From Octopus vulgaris (Eukaryota): DNA of 64,000 nucleotides. The position numbers and the translations under genes were made by a program. The stretch spans positions 17,422,001-17,486,000 of the forward strand of contig OX597836.1 of assembly GCA_951406725.2 (NCBI GenBank). Direction: 5' to 3'. Positions within the stretch are counted from its first letter, which is position 1; each line of letters opens with the position of its first letter. Of this stretch, positions 29,671-43,783 are shown one piece after another. The notes beneath the pieces were generated by a model, which did no database searches, was not told the DNA's origin, and worked only from the letters and a program-made list of their open reading frames with translations.

Positions 29671-29953
29671 GTATATACATACACACATGCATTCATACAT
29701 ACACACATGCATTCATACATACATACATACATACATACATACATACATACATACATACATACATACATACATACATACATACATACATACACACACACAT
29801 ATATATATATATACACATATATATATACATATATACAGGCATATATGTATATATATATATATATTATTTATATATATATATATGTATGTGTGTGTATATG
29901 TGTCAGTGTGTATGTATATATATATGTATATATATATATTTCTCTGACACATA

Positions 29954-29995
<42 letters not shown>

Positions 29996-30769
29996 TATAT
30001 ATATATATGTATATATTATGTTCGCGTGTGCGTTAAGGTGTGTGTACGTATATGCATATGCGTTGAAGTAACTGTATGTGTGTCTTTGTCGATGCGCATA
30101 TATATCTATGTGTATGTGTGAATGTGTGAGTGCGTGCGTGTGTGTGTGTGAGTGTGTGAATGTGGATAAATGTGTGTGTGTGTGTGTGTGTAGTTTTGTG
30201 ACACTTTTTACAAAACAGCATCAAATGTCCCTTCGTTGATTATTTTGTGAAGAAAAAAAAAAACAAAGACAAAAACAAAACACATCGAAACATAAAACAA
30301 ATAAAACAACAGAGAGACATTTTGTTATCAAACTTTTCCTGTTGAATTAAAAAAAAAAAGAAAAAGAAAAAAGAAGAGAGAAAAAACAAAGAAAAAGACA
30401 AAAAGGAAAAGGAAACCAACTTATCTTTCTCTTGCTGTTTCTTTTGATGTCCCTCATCATAATCATCATAATCATCATCATCATCGTCATTATCGTCGTC
30501 GTCGTCATCATCATCATCATCAGCAGCACAATCATCATTATGGATGTTTTTCGTTTGTGTTATCCATTTAATGGGGTCTATGTTTTAGAGAGAGAGAGAA
30601 GGAGAGAAATAGAGAGAGGGAGAGAGAGAGAGAAAAGGAGAGAGGGAAAAAGGGAGAAAGAGACAAAGAAAGAGGGAAACAGAAACAGAGAGAGAGAGAG
30701 ATAAAGAGAGAGAGAGAGAGGCAGACAGACAGAGAGAAAGTGAAAGCAAGTGAAGGCGAGAATTTATGC

Positions 30770-31010
30770 GTGTATGTGTGTGTGTGTATCTGTGTGCGTG
30801 TGTATGTGAATGATTGAATGAGTCTGTGTGTGTGTGTGTGTGTGTGTGTGTTTGTGTTCTGTGTGTACGTCTGTGTGTGTGTATCTGTGTGCGTGTGTAT
30901 GTGAATGATTGAAAGAGTCTCTGTGTGTGTGTGTGTTTGTGTTTCTGTGTGTTCGTCTGTGTGTGTCTATCTGTGTGCGTGTGTATGTGAATGATTGAAA
31001 GAGTCTGTGT
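30770..31010. repeat. Minisatellite, 3 copies of GTGTATCTGTGTGCGTGTGTATGTGAATGATTGAA in (TG)n
   Basis: Read directly from the sequence. Confidence 0.8.
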
Positions 31011-31074
31011 GTGTTTGTGTGTTTGTGTGTGTATGTGTGTGTGTGTATGTGTGTGCTGCAATATTTTTCCGCTT

Positions 31075-31900
31075 TGGCACAAGGCCAGCAATTCTGAGGC
31101 GAACGGAAATCGATTATTCTGACACCAGCGTTTAACTGTTAGTTATTTCATCGATCTTGAAAGTAAAGTATGAAAAGCAAAGTGGCCCTTAGCGCAAGTT
31201 GAACGATTCTACCCGTTCACCTTCTTCATGGGTCTTATAAATGACCCTTTCTACTATTATAGCACAAGACCTGATATTTTGGGGGCACGTGCTAATCGAT
31301 TACATCGACCATAGTGATTTACTGGTGCTTATTTTATCAATCTCGAAAGAATGAATGGCAAAATCGACCTTGGTGGAATTTGAACGCGGAACGTAAAGAC
31401 GGACGAAATGCCACTAAGCATTTTGTCCGATGTGGTAATGATTCTGCCAGCTCGCTGCCCTTGTGTGTTATAGTATAGCGATTTGGCAGAACCCCTAGCA
31501 CTTCGGACAAAATGCTTAGAGACATTTTTTCCAGATTTATTACGTACTGAGTTCAAATCCTACCGAAATAAACTTTGAGTTTCGTCCCTTAAGGTCGATA
31601 ATATAAAGTACCAGTCAAATACAAGATTCGATGTAATCTACTAACTTCTTTCTCCCTAAATTTGGTGGGTTTGTACCAAAACTTGGAACCAAAGGTGGCG
31701 AGCTGGCAGAATCGTTAGCACGTCTGACGAAAAGTATTGCGGCATTTTTTCTGGTTCCTTACGTTCTGAGTTCAAATCCTGCTGCATTCAACTTTGCCTT
31801 TCAACTTTTCAAGGTCGATAAAATAAGTTGAACACTGGGGTCAACGCAATCAACTGCAAACTCCCTAATTACTGGCCTTGTGCCAAAATTTGAATCAATT
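31075..31900. mobile_element. Cluster of four old family-B SINE copies (two minus, two plus)
   Basis: Repeated GGCAGAA, GAGTTCAAATCC and GGTCGATAA..AAGTAC motifs, and their reverse complements. Confidence 0.7.
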
Positions 31901-32095
31901 TTTAGACATGGCGGAGCCCATCCCTTTCCGGATCTGACTTAAACAGAGGATTTCTTTCAGAAGAAAGGGAAAATGAGACAAGGAGAGAGAAAGAGAGAGG
32001 AAGAGAGAGAATGAAAGGGAGAGAATGAAAGAGAGAGAAGGTCAGACACACAGAAAGAAAAAGTGATAGAAAGAAACAAAAGAATGTAATACTTA

Positions 32096-32697
32096 TTTAT
32101 TTATTGCCCACAAGGGGCTAAACATAGAGGGGACAAACAAGGAGAGACAAAAGGGTAAAGTCGATTACATCCACCCCAGTGCGCAACTGGTACTTAATTT
32201 ATCGACCCCGAAAGGATGAAAGGCAAAGTCGTCCTCGGCGGAATTTGAACTCAGAACGTAACGACAGACGAAATACCTATTTCTATTACTTTACTACCCA
32301 CAAGGAGCTAAACACAGAGGGGACAAACAAGGACTGACAAACGAATTAAGTCGATTACATCGAGTCCAGTGTGTAACTGGTACTTATTTAATCGACCCCG
32401 AAAGGCAAAGTCGACCTCGGGGGAATTCGAACACAGAACGTAACGACAGACGGAATACCTATTTCTATTTCTTTACTACCCACAAGGAGCTACACACAGA
32501 GGGGACAAACAAGGAGAGACAAACGGATTAAGTCGATTACATCGATCCCAGCCCGTAACTGGTACTTATTTAGTCGACCCCGAAATGATGAAAGGCAAAG
32601 TCGACCTCGGCGGAATTCGAACTCAGAACATAACGGCAGACGAAATACAGCTACGCATTTCGCCCGGCGTGCTAACGTTTCTGCCAGCTCGTCGCCT
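32096..32697 (-). mobile_element. SINE family B with body and tail triplicated in tandem
   Basis: One head (32650-32697) followed by three units of about 183 bp, joined at GAAATACC-TATTTC. Confidence 0.88.
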
Positions 32698-33199
32698 TTT
32701 CCTCAAATTTACCATCGTGATTTGAGGTATCGGGTTGGTTATATAACGTGCATATTACCAATAAATTTACTTTCAGTACACTACGAGAGTGTCACAGACC
32801 GAGTTTGAATGTGATAACAGGGTAAATAGAGTGACATCTTCACAGATGTACGTTGAAACTTTGCCGTGACAAATTTTCTCTACGCATTTCGCCCGGCGCG
32901 CTAACGTTTCTACCAGCTCGCCGCCTTACAAGAACATAACACTTTCATGGAATTATTTCCGCATGCTACTCAAGTCACTGCTACCAGCAACACGTTTTCT
33001 GATTTTCTCGAAGACAAACTAACAACCCCATTGTTCCTTGTTATTGCTTTAGCAAATATATTTGTAAACTTATAGTCAATATTTTCAGTTACATTTTCAA
33101 AATTGCAGAAAGATGATTACTTTTCTGTTGTAGATAAATCTAATCGTTTTATGCTTGCATTCCTGCGGCGGCGAATTTCCGTGTGTTGTCATCACTTAC

Positions 33200-33256
33200 C
33201 TCGTTTTCGTTCTTAGTCTTCCTAATTCACTTAACTCCCAGTCGAGAGCGTTGCAA
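33200..33256 (-). other. Candidate 57-nt exon
   Basis: TTACAG| acceptor and a perfect GAG|GTAAGT donor. One open frame (CNALDWELSELGRLRTKT), phase 2-2. Confidence 0.3.
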
Positions 33257-33339
33257 CTGTAATTTAATATTCCAACAACTACAGTATTGATATATTAGCT
33301 GATCGTACTCGTAAATCTATTATATAAGCTAACGTATAT

Positions 33340-33440
<101 letters not shown>

Positions 33441-33563
33441 AATACATACATGCATACATGCATACATGTATACAGTCATGCATACGTACGTATGTCATAC
33501 CTACATAAATACATACACATATGCATATACGTAAACAAACACACACACACACATATACACATA

Positions 33564-33624
<61 letters not shown>

Positions 33625-33787
33625 TATGCATATATGTATATATATACATACATATATATGTGTATATATATACATACATATATGTGTATATATATATACA
33701 TACGTACATATATCTATATACACACACATATATAAATACATACAAACAAATATATATATAAACATGCATATACATACATACATGCAT

Positions 33788-33834
<47 letters not shown>

Positions 33835-33893
33835 CTTGTACATGTAAGTCTATAAAAATACGGAGGATGTTATAAATTAAATGTATATATATA

Positions 33894-33942
<49 letters not shown>

Positions 33943-34471
33943 GAATATATATATACCTGTATATGTGTATATATATGTATATATTTATATATATATATGT
34001 ATATATACATATATATGTATAGATAGACACATTTATATATACATAAATGTGTGTGTGTATGTATACATATATATACGTATACGTATACATATATACATGT
34101 ATATATACGCATGTATATATATATAAGCAACTGTGTGTATGTGTATTTATTATTTGTACATTCGCTCTGATTTAAGTTTCTTTTTAACGTGTGCCTCGAT
34201 GATTCATTTCCAATCCCATGTTTCATTTCTAAGAATTAATTTCCAAATATATAATATTTGCATGTGCTCTAATTCTCACAAGAAGGGTTTTTATTAAATC
34301 CATCCCCTTAAATGTTTAATCGGTATATTTTTTTCCCAAACTGAATTTCTTTCGTGTTATTCCACTGAAATTCTTTAGAGAAGCCGTATCGTATGGCAAG
34401 AGACCTTTCAGTATTGTGGTACCTCTACACCACTGTAGATTCAATTCATACGTTGTTATATTTATTTGTTT

Positions 34472-34544
<73 letters not shown>

Positions 34545-34970
34545 TTCGTAGTTTTCTGAGTATTATTTGTAACTCGCGTGGAAAAAATTCTGGAGGGAGA
34601 TGCGAATTCACTCGTCTGTATAAATGTGGATATGCTGATTAGCTTCTGTATGCCCCGATGTCGCCTGGTCGGAAATATGGAGGGTAAGATTTCCTAACAT
34701 TTCTAGATTTATTTATCGGAATATTATGTTGATGATGGAAATGAATCTTTGATTCTAATCCAGAAACGTATGCGTCCATAATTGACCGGAGACTGTTTGG
34801 TTGCGTTATTTTTCTTCGTTTTGTTTGGCCATAAAATGAGTTGCAAATACCATTGTCTGTGGGACATATTTTTGTAGTAAAAGAAATAACAGTCTTCTGG
34901 CTGCTATTTCTAATACTTTCGGTATGTGGTCTAGCAACCTATTGCAAAGACCCTCATTCTTATAATTATA
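34545..34970 (+). mobile_element. Penelope-like pseudo-LTR fragment
   Basis: 3' end TGGCTGCTATTTCTAA..TTCGGTATGTGG..GCAA is the reverse complement of the 23760-23815 family terminus. Contains an HHR. Confidence 0.6.
34723..34782 (+). ncRNA. Type I hammerhead-like motif (U3 variant)
   Basis: ATTATG-TTGATGA-TGGA..GAATC TTT GATTC..TCCA-GAAAC-GTATGC-GTC-CATAAT. Stems I, II and III all pair. Confidence 0.68.
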
Positions 34971-34973
34971 TAT

Positions 34974-35198
34974 ATTTCTTTAGTACCCATAAGGGGCTAA
35001 ACACAGAGGGGACAAACAAAGACAGACAAACGGATTAAGTCGATTACATCGACCCCAGTGCGTATCTGGTACTTAATTTATCGACCCCGAAAGGATGAAA
35101 GGCAAAGTCGTCCTCGGCGGAATTTGAACCCAGAACGTAACGGCAGACGAAATGCGGCTACGCATTTCGCCCAGCGTGCTAACGGTCCTGCCAGCTCG
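34974..35198 (-). mobile_element. SINE family B copy
   Basis: Reverse complement of 2518-2736. Confidence 0.88.
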
Positions 35199-35389
35199 AA
35201 TTATATATATATATGTATGTATACATACATACATGCATGCATACATACATACATACATTCATTTATACACACACATAGGTATATGCAGGGTTGTGCAAAA
35301 GTAGGCTTACAGTTGTATATTTTTATTTTTACAGGACAATGAAACATATTGGCGTGCAAGCTGACAGGCGAGAAAATAATATATATATA

Positions 35390-35454
<65 letters not shown>

Positions 35455-35456
<2 letters not shown>

Positions 35457-36170
35457 ATCAAAATAAAATAAAAATAAAAACATGAGGCGAAGGATTCAGC
35501 GGTACATATGTTTCGGGCCTTTATTAGACAGATTTATAACAAAGCATAATGTATGTCTGTGGCCTTCTTCAGCCGCGCACAACAGCTTCCACAAGGACAT
35601 GTGTTACATCAAAAATTCTTGGTTGGGGATGCAAATCCTCTCGTTCACGTACGACATAATGCGGCAGCAGCATAGAATTGAAGCGTCCATCTCTTTCTTC
35701 TCTCAATGTAGAACGAGGAAACTTGGATGTTGAGGTAATGTAAATAAATAAATACGTATATAGAGGTGAAGATGGAGGGGCGAGAGTTCGGGACGAGGGA
35801 TAAAAAATATATATAAAAAATGTACGTATAGAATAATATAAAAATGTAGAGGATAAAGATATAAAGAGTTGTAAGGAGATGTAAAGGGGGTATAAAGAAA
35901 TATAAAGAAATATAAATAAATGTAAAGGCATAAGGTTGTAAAGTAAAAATGGAAATGGAAATAATAGTAAAAGAAGTAAAAGAACCTGATAAAAACATGA
36001 TAAAAGTGTAAAAGAATGTAAAGATAAGGGATGTATAGAGGTCGCGGACCAAGCATGGTGGTCAGGAGATTGATAAAACTTAGTTGTAGAACTGTCAGTA
36101 AATTAACAGTTTCGTCGTAAATCAGAGCTGATGAGAATTTAATCTGGTTCCTTGAATTAAATGGACTTCC
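35455..36170 (-). mobile_element. Penelope-like element 3' fragment
   Basis: On the minus strand, a short LEVHLIQGTRLN-like end is followed by a long pyrimidine/T-rich spacer and then the HHR at 35499-35576. Confidence 0.5.
35499..35576 (-). ncRNA. Type I hammerhead ribozyme motif
   Basis: Minus strand reads GCGG-CTGAAGA-A-GGCC ACAGA...TCTGT..GGCC-C-GAAAC-ATAT-GTA-CCGC. Stem/loop III is the palindrome ACATATGT and the triplet is GUA. Confidence 0.7.
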
Positions 36171-36744
36171 AGTACATACATATCATCGTGGATACATACA
36201 CCCACATACACGCGTACATATACGTCTCCAAGCCTATAAGCATACACACGCACTCGCGTGTAAACACGTACATAAACACACACGCACCCACACGCACGCG
36301 CGCACACACACATACATACAACAGAATATCCGTATATATAGACGGACATTACGCGCGTACACGCTCACATGTATATACGCGCGCCCCTCACTACATACAC
36401 ACACGTATATGCCCACGCCTCTAGGTCTAGGTATAAGATATTAAAGGATGTGTATAAGAACGTATGTAAAGAATCCCGTACTCATGTTAATACGCGCACG
36501 CACACACGGCTGTGTGTCCGTATGTGCGTGCACATATACACTCACATACACACACAGAGACACACGCGCACATGGGTATAGCCATAAGATATCGAAGTAT
36601 GCATGTACATATACGCGCGTGCATATGTATGTATGCGCATACACACGTACGCGGACGCTCGCATACTCAAAAGGTGGATCCATAGGTAAGTAAATAAACA
36701 TATATAGAGGTGTAAAGCGATAAATATATATATATTACAGATAT

Positions 36745-36912
36745 AGGATGAAATATAATTAATTTAATAAAATCAACAAATTTCGCCTAGTAGTATTTCG
36801 GTATGGAAAAGGACCATATTCAGTAAAAATTTATATAATTATAATAATAAGGGATTTTTTTTGCGCATGTGGTTTAAGCAACTTGTTGCAAAAAACCCTT
36901 ATTATTATAATT
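36745..36912. mobile_element. Penelope-like terminus with terminal palindrome
   Basis: TTTC(G/A)CC.AGTAG.ATT(T)CGGTATG.AAA.GGACC is shared with 24268-24303. AATTATAATAATAAGGG..TTTTTTGC pairs with GCAAAAAACCCTTATTATTATAATT. Confidence 0.6.
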
Positions 36913-37029
36913 ATGTTTATATATATATATATAGGTATGTACATATAGGTATGTACATATATGTAAGTATATATGCTTTTATATATATATATGTATATAT
37001 ATTATTTACATTATTATATATATATATAT

Positions 37030-37215
37030 CTGTGTGTGTCTCTGTGTTTGTCCCCTCATCATCGTTTGATACCCGGTGTTAGTGTGTTTCGGTCTCCGTA
37101 ATATAGCGCTTCGGCAATAGATATCGATAAAATAAACACCAGTCTTTAAAAAGTAAGGGGATGATACATTCGACTAAAAATCCTTCAATGACCAAAACAA
37201 GTAAAAGATAAAAGA
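37030..37215 (+). mobile_element. Old SINE family C 3' half
   Basis: GTGTTTGTCCCC..TTCGGCAA..CGACTAAA..AAACAAGTAAAAGATAAAAGA. Confidence 0.65.
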
Positions 37216-37595
37216 TATATAAACACTCTTAAGTATTCGTTTGAAATAGTGGCAACGTGGAACCGTGGAACCGTGGAACCTTTGAATTACGATTCCAGAA
37301 GACTCAGCTTCCAATAAATTATTCGTTCAATCTCTTATGTATCCGTACTATTTTGTGTTTGTGATTTCAAACGTGCATAAATATACGTCCGCACACAGAA
37401 TCGCGTCAACATACATATAAAGGCTCACACACGAACTCTCATACACGTACACACACAAACACACAGACACCCACACACAAACACGCACACTCACATACAC
37501 ACATACACACAGATGGGTGGATGGATGCACACGTAAATATAGATGTTTATATACGCATATACTCATGCATATCTCTATATGCGTTCTCATGCAAT

Positions 37596-37637
<42 letters not shown>

Positions 37638-37684
37638 TATATATATATACAAACACATATATACGCATATATATATATATGTAC

Positions 37685-37730
<46 letters not shown>

Positions 37731-37844
37731 GACCATATATATGCACATTTATACCACATGTACATATATGCGTCTATATACCATATATTTACATATAAAT
37801 AAATATATATGTATATACATATATGTGTATATATACATACATAC

Positions 37845-37897
<53 letters not shown>

Positions 37898-38516
37898 TAT
37901 ACAGAAACTGATATAATCAACATATATGTATATTCATGCTAAAACGTTGTTTACTATATTCCCTGTACGTTAACCATCGATATGCATGCATATATACAAA
38001 CACCCCACATACACCCCACACATATATATACACACACACATACTATTTTCTTCTGTTCAACTTCTGCGTATCAACATGAGAGAAACACTGCTGTTACGTA
38101 ACTTTCCATCGGGAAAGGCAAGAGTGGGATTTACATTTGAAATACGAAAATATGAATGGAAACGGCGAAGTGAAATCTGTCGTGGCAAGATAAAAGTGAA
38201 CTTGCTTTGTTATTTAAATATATATATATAGATAGATATTTATTATTTATCTTTGTTTCTTTCATTGTCTGATTTGACTTGATGTCAACAACGCCGTGTT
38301 TCGTTTCGTTTACCTTCTTCCAGGTTAGGCTTTTCCCCCACCATTTTTTTTTTATTAAATCGCTTACCATGAGACCTTGTGCAAATGTATGTATGTGTAT
38401 GTGCATATATATCCAAATGTTGTCATGCAGTGTGTGTGTGTGTGTGTGTATGTCTGTGTATGTGTGTGTGTGTTTATGTATGTGTGTCTATATATATGTA
38501 TGTATATATGTATGTA

Positions 38517-38551
<35 letters not shown>

Positions 38552-38746
38552 TATTTATATATATGCACATTTATATATATATGTACCTATATATTATATA
38601 TGCATATGTATGAAAAGTATATATGTAAGTATATTCATAGAGATAGACTTGCATATGCATATACATATATATACATATATAGATATACATACATACATAT
38701 ATATATTTATATATATATAAATATAATATATCTATATATATATAAT

Positions 38747-38832
<86 letters not shown>

Positions 38833-39263
38833 AAGTTTATATATATATGTACATACATACACACACATATACATATACACGCGCGCATGCACAAACACAC
38901 ACACACACACACATATATTGCGCCAGATAAGAAAAATATATACATAAATACACTGACTCATATATATCCAGAACCCAATACACGCCTGCAGTTTAAAAGT
39001 TCACCCAAAAGCTCTATGGAGATTCGGTGAAGCGGCAACAGTATAGCTACAGAATTTTTTAAGGATGGCACAAAAAGATAGGGCAACATTCTTCATGGTT
39101 ACGAAGAAATCTAAACCACGTGACCCACACAGAAAGTTGCCACAAATAGCGCCCAAGATGGCTATCGTTGCAGCGATGTTAATTCTAGTGACAAATAACA
39201 TAGGCGTCTTACAAAGCAATAGCAATTGCAAAATTGCGGATCTGAGGGAGCTTTCTGCAAGCA

Positions 39264-39504
39264 AGGAGTGGCTGTGTGGTAAGTAGCTTGTTTACCAACT
39301 ACATGGTTCTGGGTTCAGAACATATATATATATATATTCATATATACGACGGGCTTCTTTCAGTTTCCGTCTACGAAATCCACTCACAAGGCTTTGGTCG
39401 GCCCGAGGCTATAATAGAAGACACTTGCCCAAGGTGCCACGCAGTGGGACTGAACCCGGAACCATGTTGTTCGTAAGCAAGCTACTTACCACACAGCCAC
39501 TCCT
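39264..39504. mobile_element. Two family-C SINE 5' parts in inverted (convergent) orientation
   Basis: 39264-39318 (+) and 39345-39504 (-) share the head AGGAGTGGCTGTGTGGTAAGTAGCTTG..GGGTTCAG. Confidence 0.85.
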
Positions 39505-39576
39505 ACGCCTGGATAATATATGTGCTGTGTATATGTGCGTATGGGCTAGCACGTGTATGTGTGTTGGAAAGAACGT

Positions 39577-39660
<84 letters not shown>

Positions 39661-39916
39661 GGAGAGAGGGAGAGAGTGAGGAGTGGGAAGATGAAGAAAG
39701 AATGCTCTGCTGCTGCTAATGGGAATATCAGAAAGAGTAAAAGGTGATGGCACAACCATCGAAGATTTCTTCATAATTATGATTTATCTATTATTGAAAA
39801 ATAAGAACCAGTCATGCAGTTTTGGGAACAAAACCATTCAACGGTGCCAAGACCAAAGTCAATTCGTCATAGCTGCTGAGCAATTTCTGATTTGTGATGA
39901 AGGTTATGATTTATAC

Positions 39917-40015
<99 letters not shown>

Positions 40016-40604
40016 CACCCATCCATCCATTTATCTCTCTCTATCTATCTATCTACCCAATCTATATATTTATGATCATCATCATCGTCATCATCACATC
40101 GTCGTCGTTGTTTTTATCATCATCACCATTATCATCGTCATCATTAGCATCATGCTTCACATCCTCATTCTCCCTTTTATCATCATCATAATCATCATCA
40201 TCGTCGTCGTCATCTTCCATGTGTTATTTCGCCTGCAACCTCTTCACTTCACACCAATCCATAGTTTTTCAAGAAATCAAAGTCTCTTGCCGACTTTACA
40301 ACCAGAATTCGATCATGAAACAGTTTAAATATTTTATTGCTTCTTAAATTGTATGAAGTTAATTAGTTGTTAGTAAACTGATCACTAATCATTAGTTCAC
40401 CTTTTAATCTAATTATTTATTTTCAAACCAGCACTTCTAACTAATTAACTCTCTATACCCACCAACATGCTAATTAAAGAAATTATCTAAACAATATAAT
40501 AAGACGAAATTATTAATTCATGTCTCTTAGTGAGAAAGTTCTTACTGGAAAAAATTACTGAAGCTCAATATGGCCAAAGTCAAGTGTTTATGCCAACTCC
40601 CTTC

Positions 40605-41205
40605 GTTCATTCGTTCGTTCGTTCGTTCGTTCGTTCGTTCGTTCGTTCCATCCATCAATCCATCCATCGATCCATCTGTCCAGCCACCCATTCGTCCGTC
40701 TATTTATCCATCCATCTTCCAATCCATTCCGTTCATCCATCCATCCGTCCATCCCTTCAACAATCCATCCATCCATCCATCCATCCATCCATCCAATCAC
40801 CTGTCCATTCATACATCCGGCCATCTATCTATCTATCTATCCATACATGCATTTATCCATCTATTTGTCTGTCCATCCATCCATCCATCCACCCATCCAT
40901 CCACCCATCCATCCATCCACCCATCCATCCATCCATCCAATCACCTGTCCATTCATACATCCGGCCATCTATCTATCTATGCATGCATTTATGCATGCAT
41001 TTGTCTGTCCATCCATCCATCCATCCATCCATCCATCCACCCATCCATCCATCCATCCATCCATCCATCCATCCATCCATCCATCCATCCATCCAATCAC
41101 CTGTCCATTCATACATCCGGCCATCTATCTATCCATACATGCATTTATCCATCCATTTGTCTGTCCATCCATCCATCCATCCATCCATCCATCCATCTAT
41201 CCAAT
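40605..41205. repeat. (TCCA)n tract with higher-order triplication
   Basis: CCAATCACCTGTCCATTCATACATCCGGCCATCTATC occurs at about 40793, 40937 and 41093. Confidence 0.88.
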
Positions 41206-41345
41206 CATCGTTGTTTATGAACACTATTACATTTTAACTTCGGTTTTTGCCATGCAAGTGATTTGAAATTAAAAGAATTGCAACCTGGAAAACACATAGA
41301 AGCCATTCATAATCGCACAAAGGCTGTTAACTTCACCGAAACATT

Positions 41346-41428
41346 TATGAGGGGGTGCTGAAAAGTTCCTGGCTTTGGGTAAAAATAAAATAGAAGAGGA
41401 TTAGTTAATTATGATTTTATGGAACATA
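41346..41428 (-). mobile_element. Mariner MITE right end (family of 29452-29670)
   Basis: TATGAGGGGGTGCTGAAAAGTTCCTGGCTTTGGGTAAAA..GAGGATTAGTTAATTATGATTTTAT. Confidence 0.75.
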
Positions 41429-41667
41429 GATGTCAGCAAACTACCATACGCACATTGTTTCGGCGTAATTTCGACCCGTCAGTGAGAATATTAGGAACTA
41501 CAACGGAATTTCTGTTTCTGTGTATTGAGAACAGCAAGCAATACATATTTAATATATAATACATACACGAAGAAACACACAAGCACACACACATAGATTC
41601 ATGGATAGACAGAATGATATATATATATACACATCTATCTATCCATCTATCTATTTAATTATCTATC

Positions 41668-41763
<96 letters not shown>

Positions 41764-41774
41764 TGTGTGTGTAT

Positions 41775-41927
41775 TCTCTCTCTGCTTATTTTATCGTGTT
41801 CCTTTCTGCTGAAGAGCGTAGGCTCGAAACGTAAACGACTTTCTCACCTTCCCGAGCGTTAAACTAATTAAGCTGTTAGTTGTTTACACACTTGTCTTCG
41901 TCTTTGGTTTTTCTTGTAAAATCCAAC

Positions 41928-41930
<3 letters not shown>
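41775..41930 (+). mobile_element. Penelope-like fragment with minimal HHR-like motif (41802-41837)
   Basis: CTTT-CTGCTGA-A-GAGC GTAG GCTC-GAAAC-GTA-AACG, located between (TA)n runs. Confidence 0.55.
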
Positions 41931-41973
<43 letters not shown>

Positions 41974-41996
41974 CATGTATGTATATATATATGTAC

Positions 41997-42042
<46 letters not shown>

Positions 42043-42668
42043 ATGTATGTATGTATAATACATACTCTCATATGTATACACATAAACATTTTAAACTGAA
42101 GATTTCACTAAACGTTTCTTCGAGTATCATATTTACGATTAATCGTCTGATAATCAGAATGATGAAACAGAGCAAAAATAAGAGGCATTTTCAACACTTA
42201 AAAAGAACAAGATGCAAGTCTACAAAACGTATTGAGCTGTCTTTTCACCAACTTCGAGTATATTTTGGTGCCATACACACACTCACATACAAACGAGTGT
42301 GCATGTGTGTTTGTGTGTATGTGTTTGTGAGTGCTGTGTGTGGTGTATGCCAGTATGTTTGGGAATATTTTAATTTTTATTGAGACGTATTAGAATAAAA
42401 AATTGAAATATTTAATTAGAAATGAGAATTAATTTTCAATTAAAACTTCAGCAAAATCAAAACAGTGTATCAATTAATAAATCAATACAATATCAAGTAT
42501 CAACAAATTAATTCCAATCTGGTTTGCATTTCATCGACGAGTGTCACATGATGCAATTATGCCTTAAATAGAATGCGTTGAGCAATATACCGTATATAGC
42601 GTGTGGAGCAATGGACTGTATAATTCACTGACTATCCACTATCGGTCTATGAATATGTATGTATGTAC

Positions 42669-42747
<79 letters not shown>

Positions 42748-42846
42748 CATACATATATATATATAAATATATAGAAGCAATAAAAAATCTCTGAACGAGG
42801 TAGAAACAGTAGCTGCACGACGATGTGAAGTATATTTGGCACTTAA

Positions 42847-42886
<40 letters not shown>

Positions 42887-42954
42887 TGGCAGACTGGGTC
42901 TAAAAATATTGGTTGCCAGGAGACTAAGGGGGCCCAACTGCAACTACAAATGGG

Positions 42955-43208
42955 CCCATCTGATCATTATTTATTCCGCAATCTTCAAAATCATTTGGAC
43001 GGAAACAATATGAATTCTGTGGACGAGGTCACAATAGTACTGGAGGAGTGAATTTTGGAAGAGGGGCCTTGCAAGTCTACGAGATAGATGGAAGAGCATT
43101 GTAGAAAATCAAGGAGAGAATATTTTAGATTAAAAAAGAACTTTGTTAATGTTAATTTTGGAAATGAAACGAAGCATAAAAAACCGCATTATTTATGGGA
43201 TGATCCAC
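42955..43208 (+). mobile_element. Mariner transposase 3' remnant plus TIR
   Basis: [16 protein letters not shown] resembles the PSDYHLF motif; RWKSIVENQG follows. Ends in CCGCATTATTTATGGGATGATCCA. Confidence 0.75.
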
Positions 43209-43442
43209 GCCATGATAGATCATTAGCCACTACACACATTTTTTCTCTCCTTTTTACTCTCCTTTTTTCCTCTCCTTTTTTTCTCTCCTTGTTTCTCCTT
43301 ATTTTTTCTGTGTCCCTTTCTGTAGAAGAGCGTAGGCTCGAAACGTAAAAGCCTTTTTCTATTCCTGAGCGTTATACTAATACATCTGTTTGTTTTGTAC
43401 ACCACCTGTCTTCGTCTTTTGTTATTTTCGTAAACTCTCCCT
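43209..43442 (+). mobile_element. Penelope-like fragment with minimal HHR-like motif (43316-43351)
   Basis: CTTT-CTGTAGA-A-GAGC GTAG GCTC-GAAAC-GTA-AAAG. Homologous to 61043-61235. Confidence 0.6.
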
Positions 43443-43699
43443 ATATATATATTTATCCTTATTTCATCGATTACCTCAATTTCAACACAACGTGTATTTA
43501 TTGTGAATGTATACTGTAATGTGGTAATTGACGATTTAAAGTCTGTTCTCAGCATATTGGCATAGAAATAATTTTTCTATTGCTCTTGTTTATAAGTTGT
43601 TTAAAATTTTCACCTTTAAAGGTATTTTAATATGCTGCCACTTTTGATGAAATTTTTTCTGAAAAAAAAAATCCTATATTAGTAGTAGTAGTAGTCGTA

Positions 43700-43783
<84 letters not shown>

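Noticed and set aside
32096-32697. CRISPR-like repeat array (also 51676-51896 and 30770-31010)
   Set aside because: The units are whole tandem duplications without unique spacers, the context is eukaryotic, and there are no cas genes.
39065-39286. 73-aa ORF with a hydrophobic stretch
   Set aside because: No recognisable homology or splice context, and it ends inside a SINE head.
41445-41487. Hammerhead-like CTGACGG..GAAAC on the minus strand (also 3028 and 29059)
   Set aside because: Core positions are mutated and stem I is unconvincing; at best these are degenerate remnants.
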